Assembly: GCA_964433635.1 (NCBI GenBank)
Contig: CAYSSG010000006.1
Location: 1,022-65,021, forward strand
Source of the DNA: an uncultured Atribacterota bacterium
GTDB taxonomy: Bacteria > Atribacterota > Phoenicimicrobiia > Phoenicimicrobiales > Stramentimicrobiaceae
DNA: 64,000 bases
Reading direction: 5' to 3'
Shown here: positions 63,959-64,000 of the stretch, one piece after another
Numbering within the stretch: position 1 is the first letter of the stretch
Layout: every line of letters starts with the position of its first letter
The notes under the pieces: model-generated
Seen by the model: the letters and a program-made list of their open reading frames with translations, nothing else
What the model was told of the DNA's origin: nothing
Databases searched by the model: none
Position numbers and translations under genes: made by a program

Positions 63959-64000
63959 CTGCTTATATTGTATCGATTATTGTATCGATCGATACAGCTG

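Noticed and set aside
63959-64000. End-of-window direct repeat (ttgtatcgat x2) and 14-bp palindrome gtatcgatcgatac after the NHL gene.
   Set aside because: Truncated by the window edge. Most simply a terminator hairpin. It cannot be evaluated as a repeat element without downstream sequence.

Overview
This 64-kb window is an AT-rich bacterial chromosome segment with core-genome synteny very close to Bacillus/Clostridia (Bacillota). 61 of 63 protein genes are on the + strand. I found no mobile elements, CRISPR arrays, phage genes, toxin-antitoxin pairs or defence cassettes, and no convincing novel multi-gene system. This reads as an ordinary, streamlined core region.

Gene content in order:
- cdd-recO-glyQ-glyS
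- ppdK (pyruvate phosphate dikinase) next to hppA, a K+-dependent-type membrane pyrophosphatase
- pdp (pyrimidine-nucleoside phosphorylase)
- an 879-aa fusion of a DHH/DHHA1 phosphoesterase, a CBS pair and a poly(A)-polymerase/CCA-type nucleotidyltransferase
- an M50 site-2 metalloprotease
- trpS-scpA-scpB-rluB-cmk-ispH
- rpmB (- strand), rsmD-coaD, tmcAL (- strand)
- pta-rpmF-fapR-acpP-rnc-smc-ftsY-ffh-rpsP-KH protein-trmD-rplS-rnhB-yraN-comM/yifB
- rpe, der, plsY, topA-xerC(codV)-hslV-hslU
- rpsB-tsf-pyrH-frr-uppS-cdsA-dxr-rseP-ispG, followed by a GT2 glycosyltransferase
- a nine-gene V/A-type ATPase operon (G/H-I-K-E-C-F-A-B-D)
- a solo tRNA-Arg(CCG), plsC, and an NHL-repeat/TPR membrane protein

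The most notable observations:
- A pyrophosphate- and probably sodium-based energetics signature: ppdK beside a K+-dependent-type pyrophosphatase, and a V-ATPase K subunit carrying the full Enterococcus-like Na+-binding ligand set.
- Bacillus-like synteny with several expected genes absent at their usual positions (era, rimM, rbgA, trmFO, codY, the fla/che operon, plsX-fabD-fabG).
- Two conserved genes (scpB, ftsY) whose ATG start is 1 nt out of frame with the conserved N-terminus, both at homopolymer runs.
- A 52-bp perfect intragenic direct repeat in the NHL-repeat gene.
- Unusually long perfect hairpins used as terminators.
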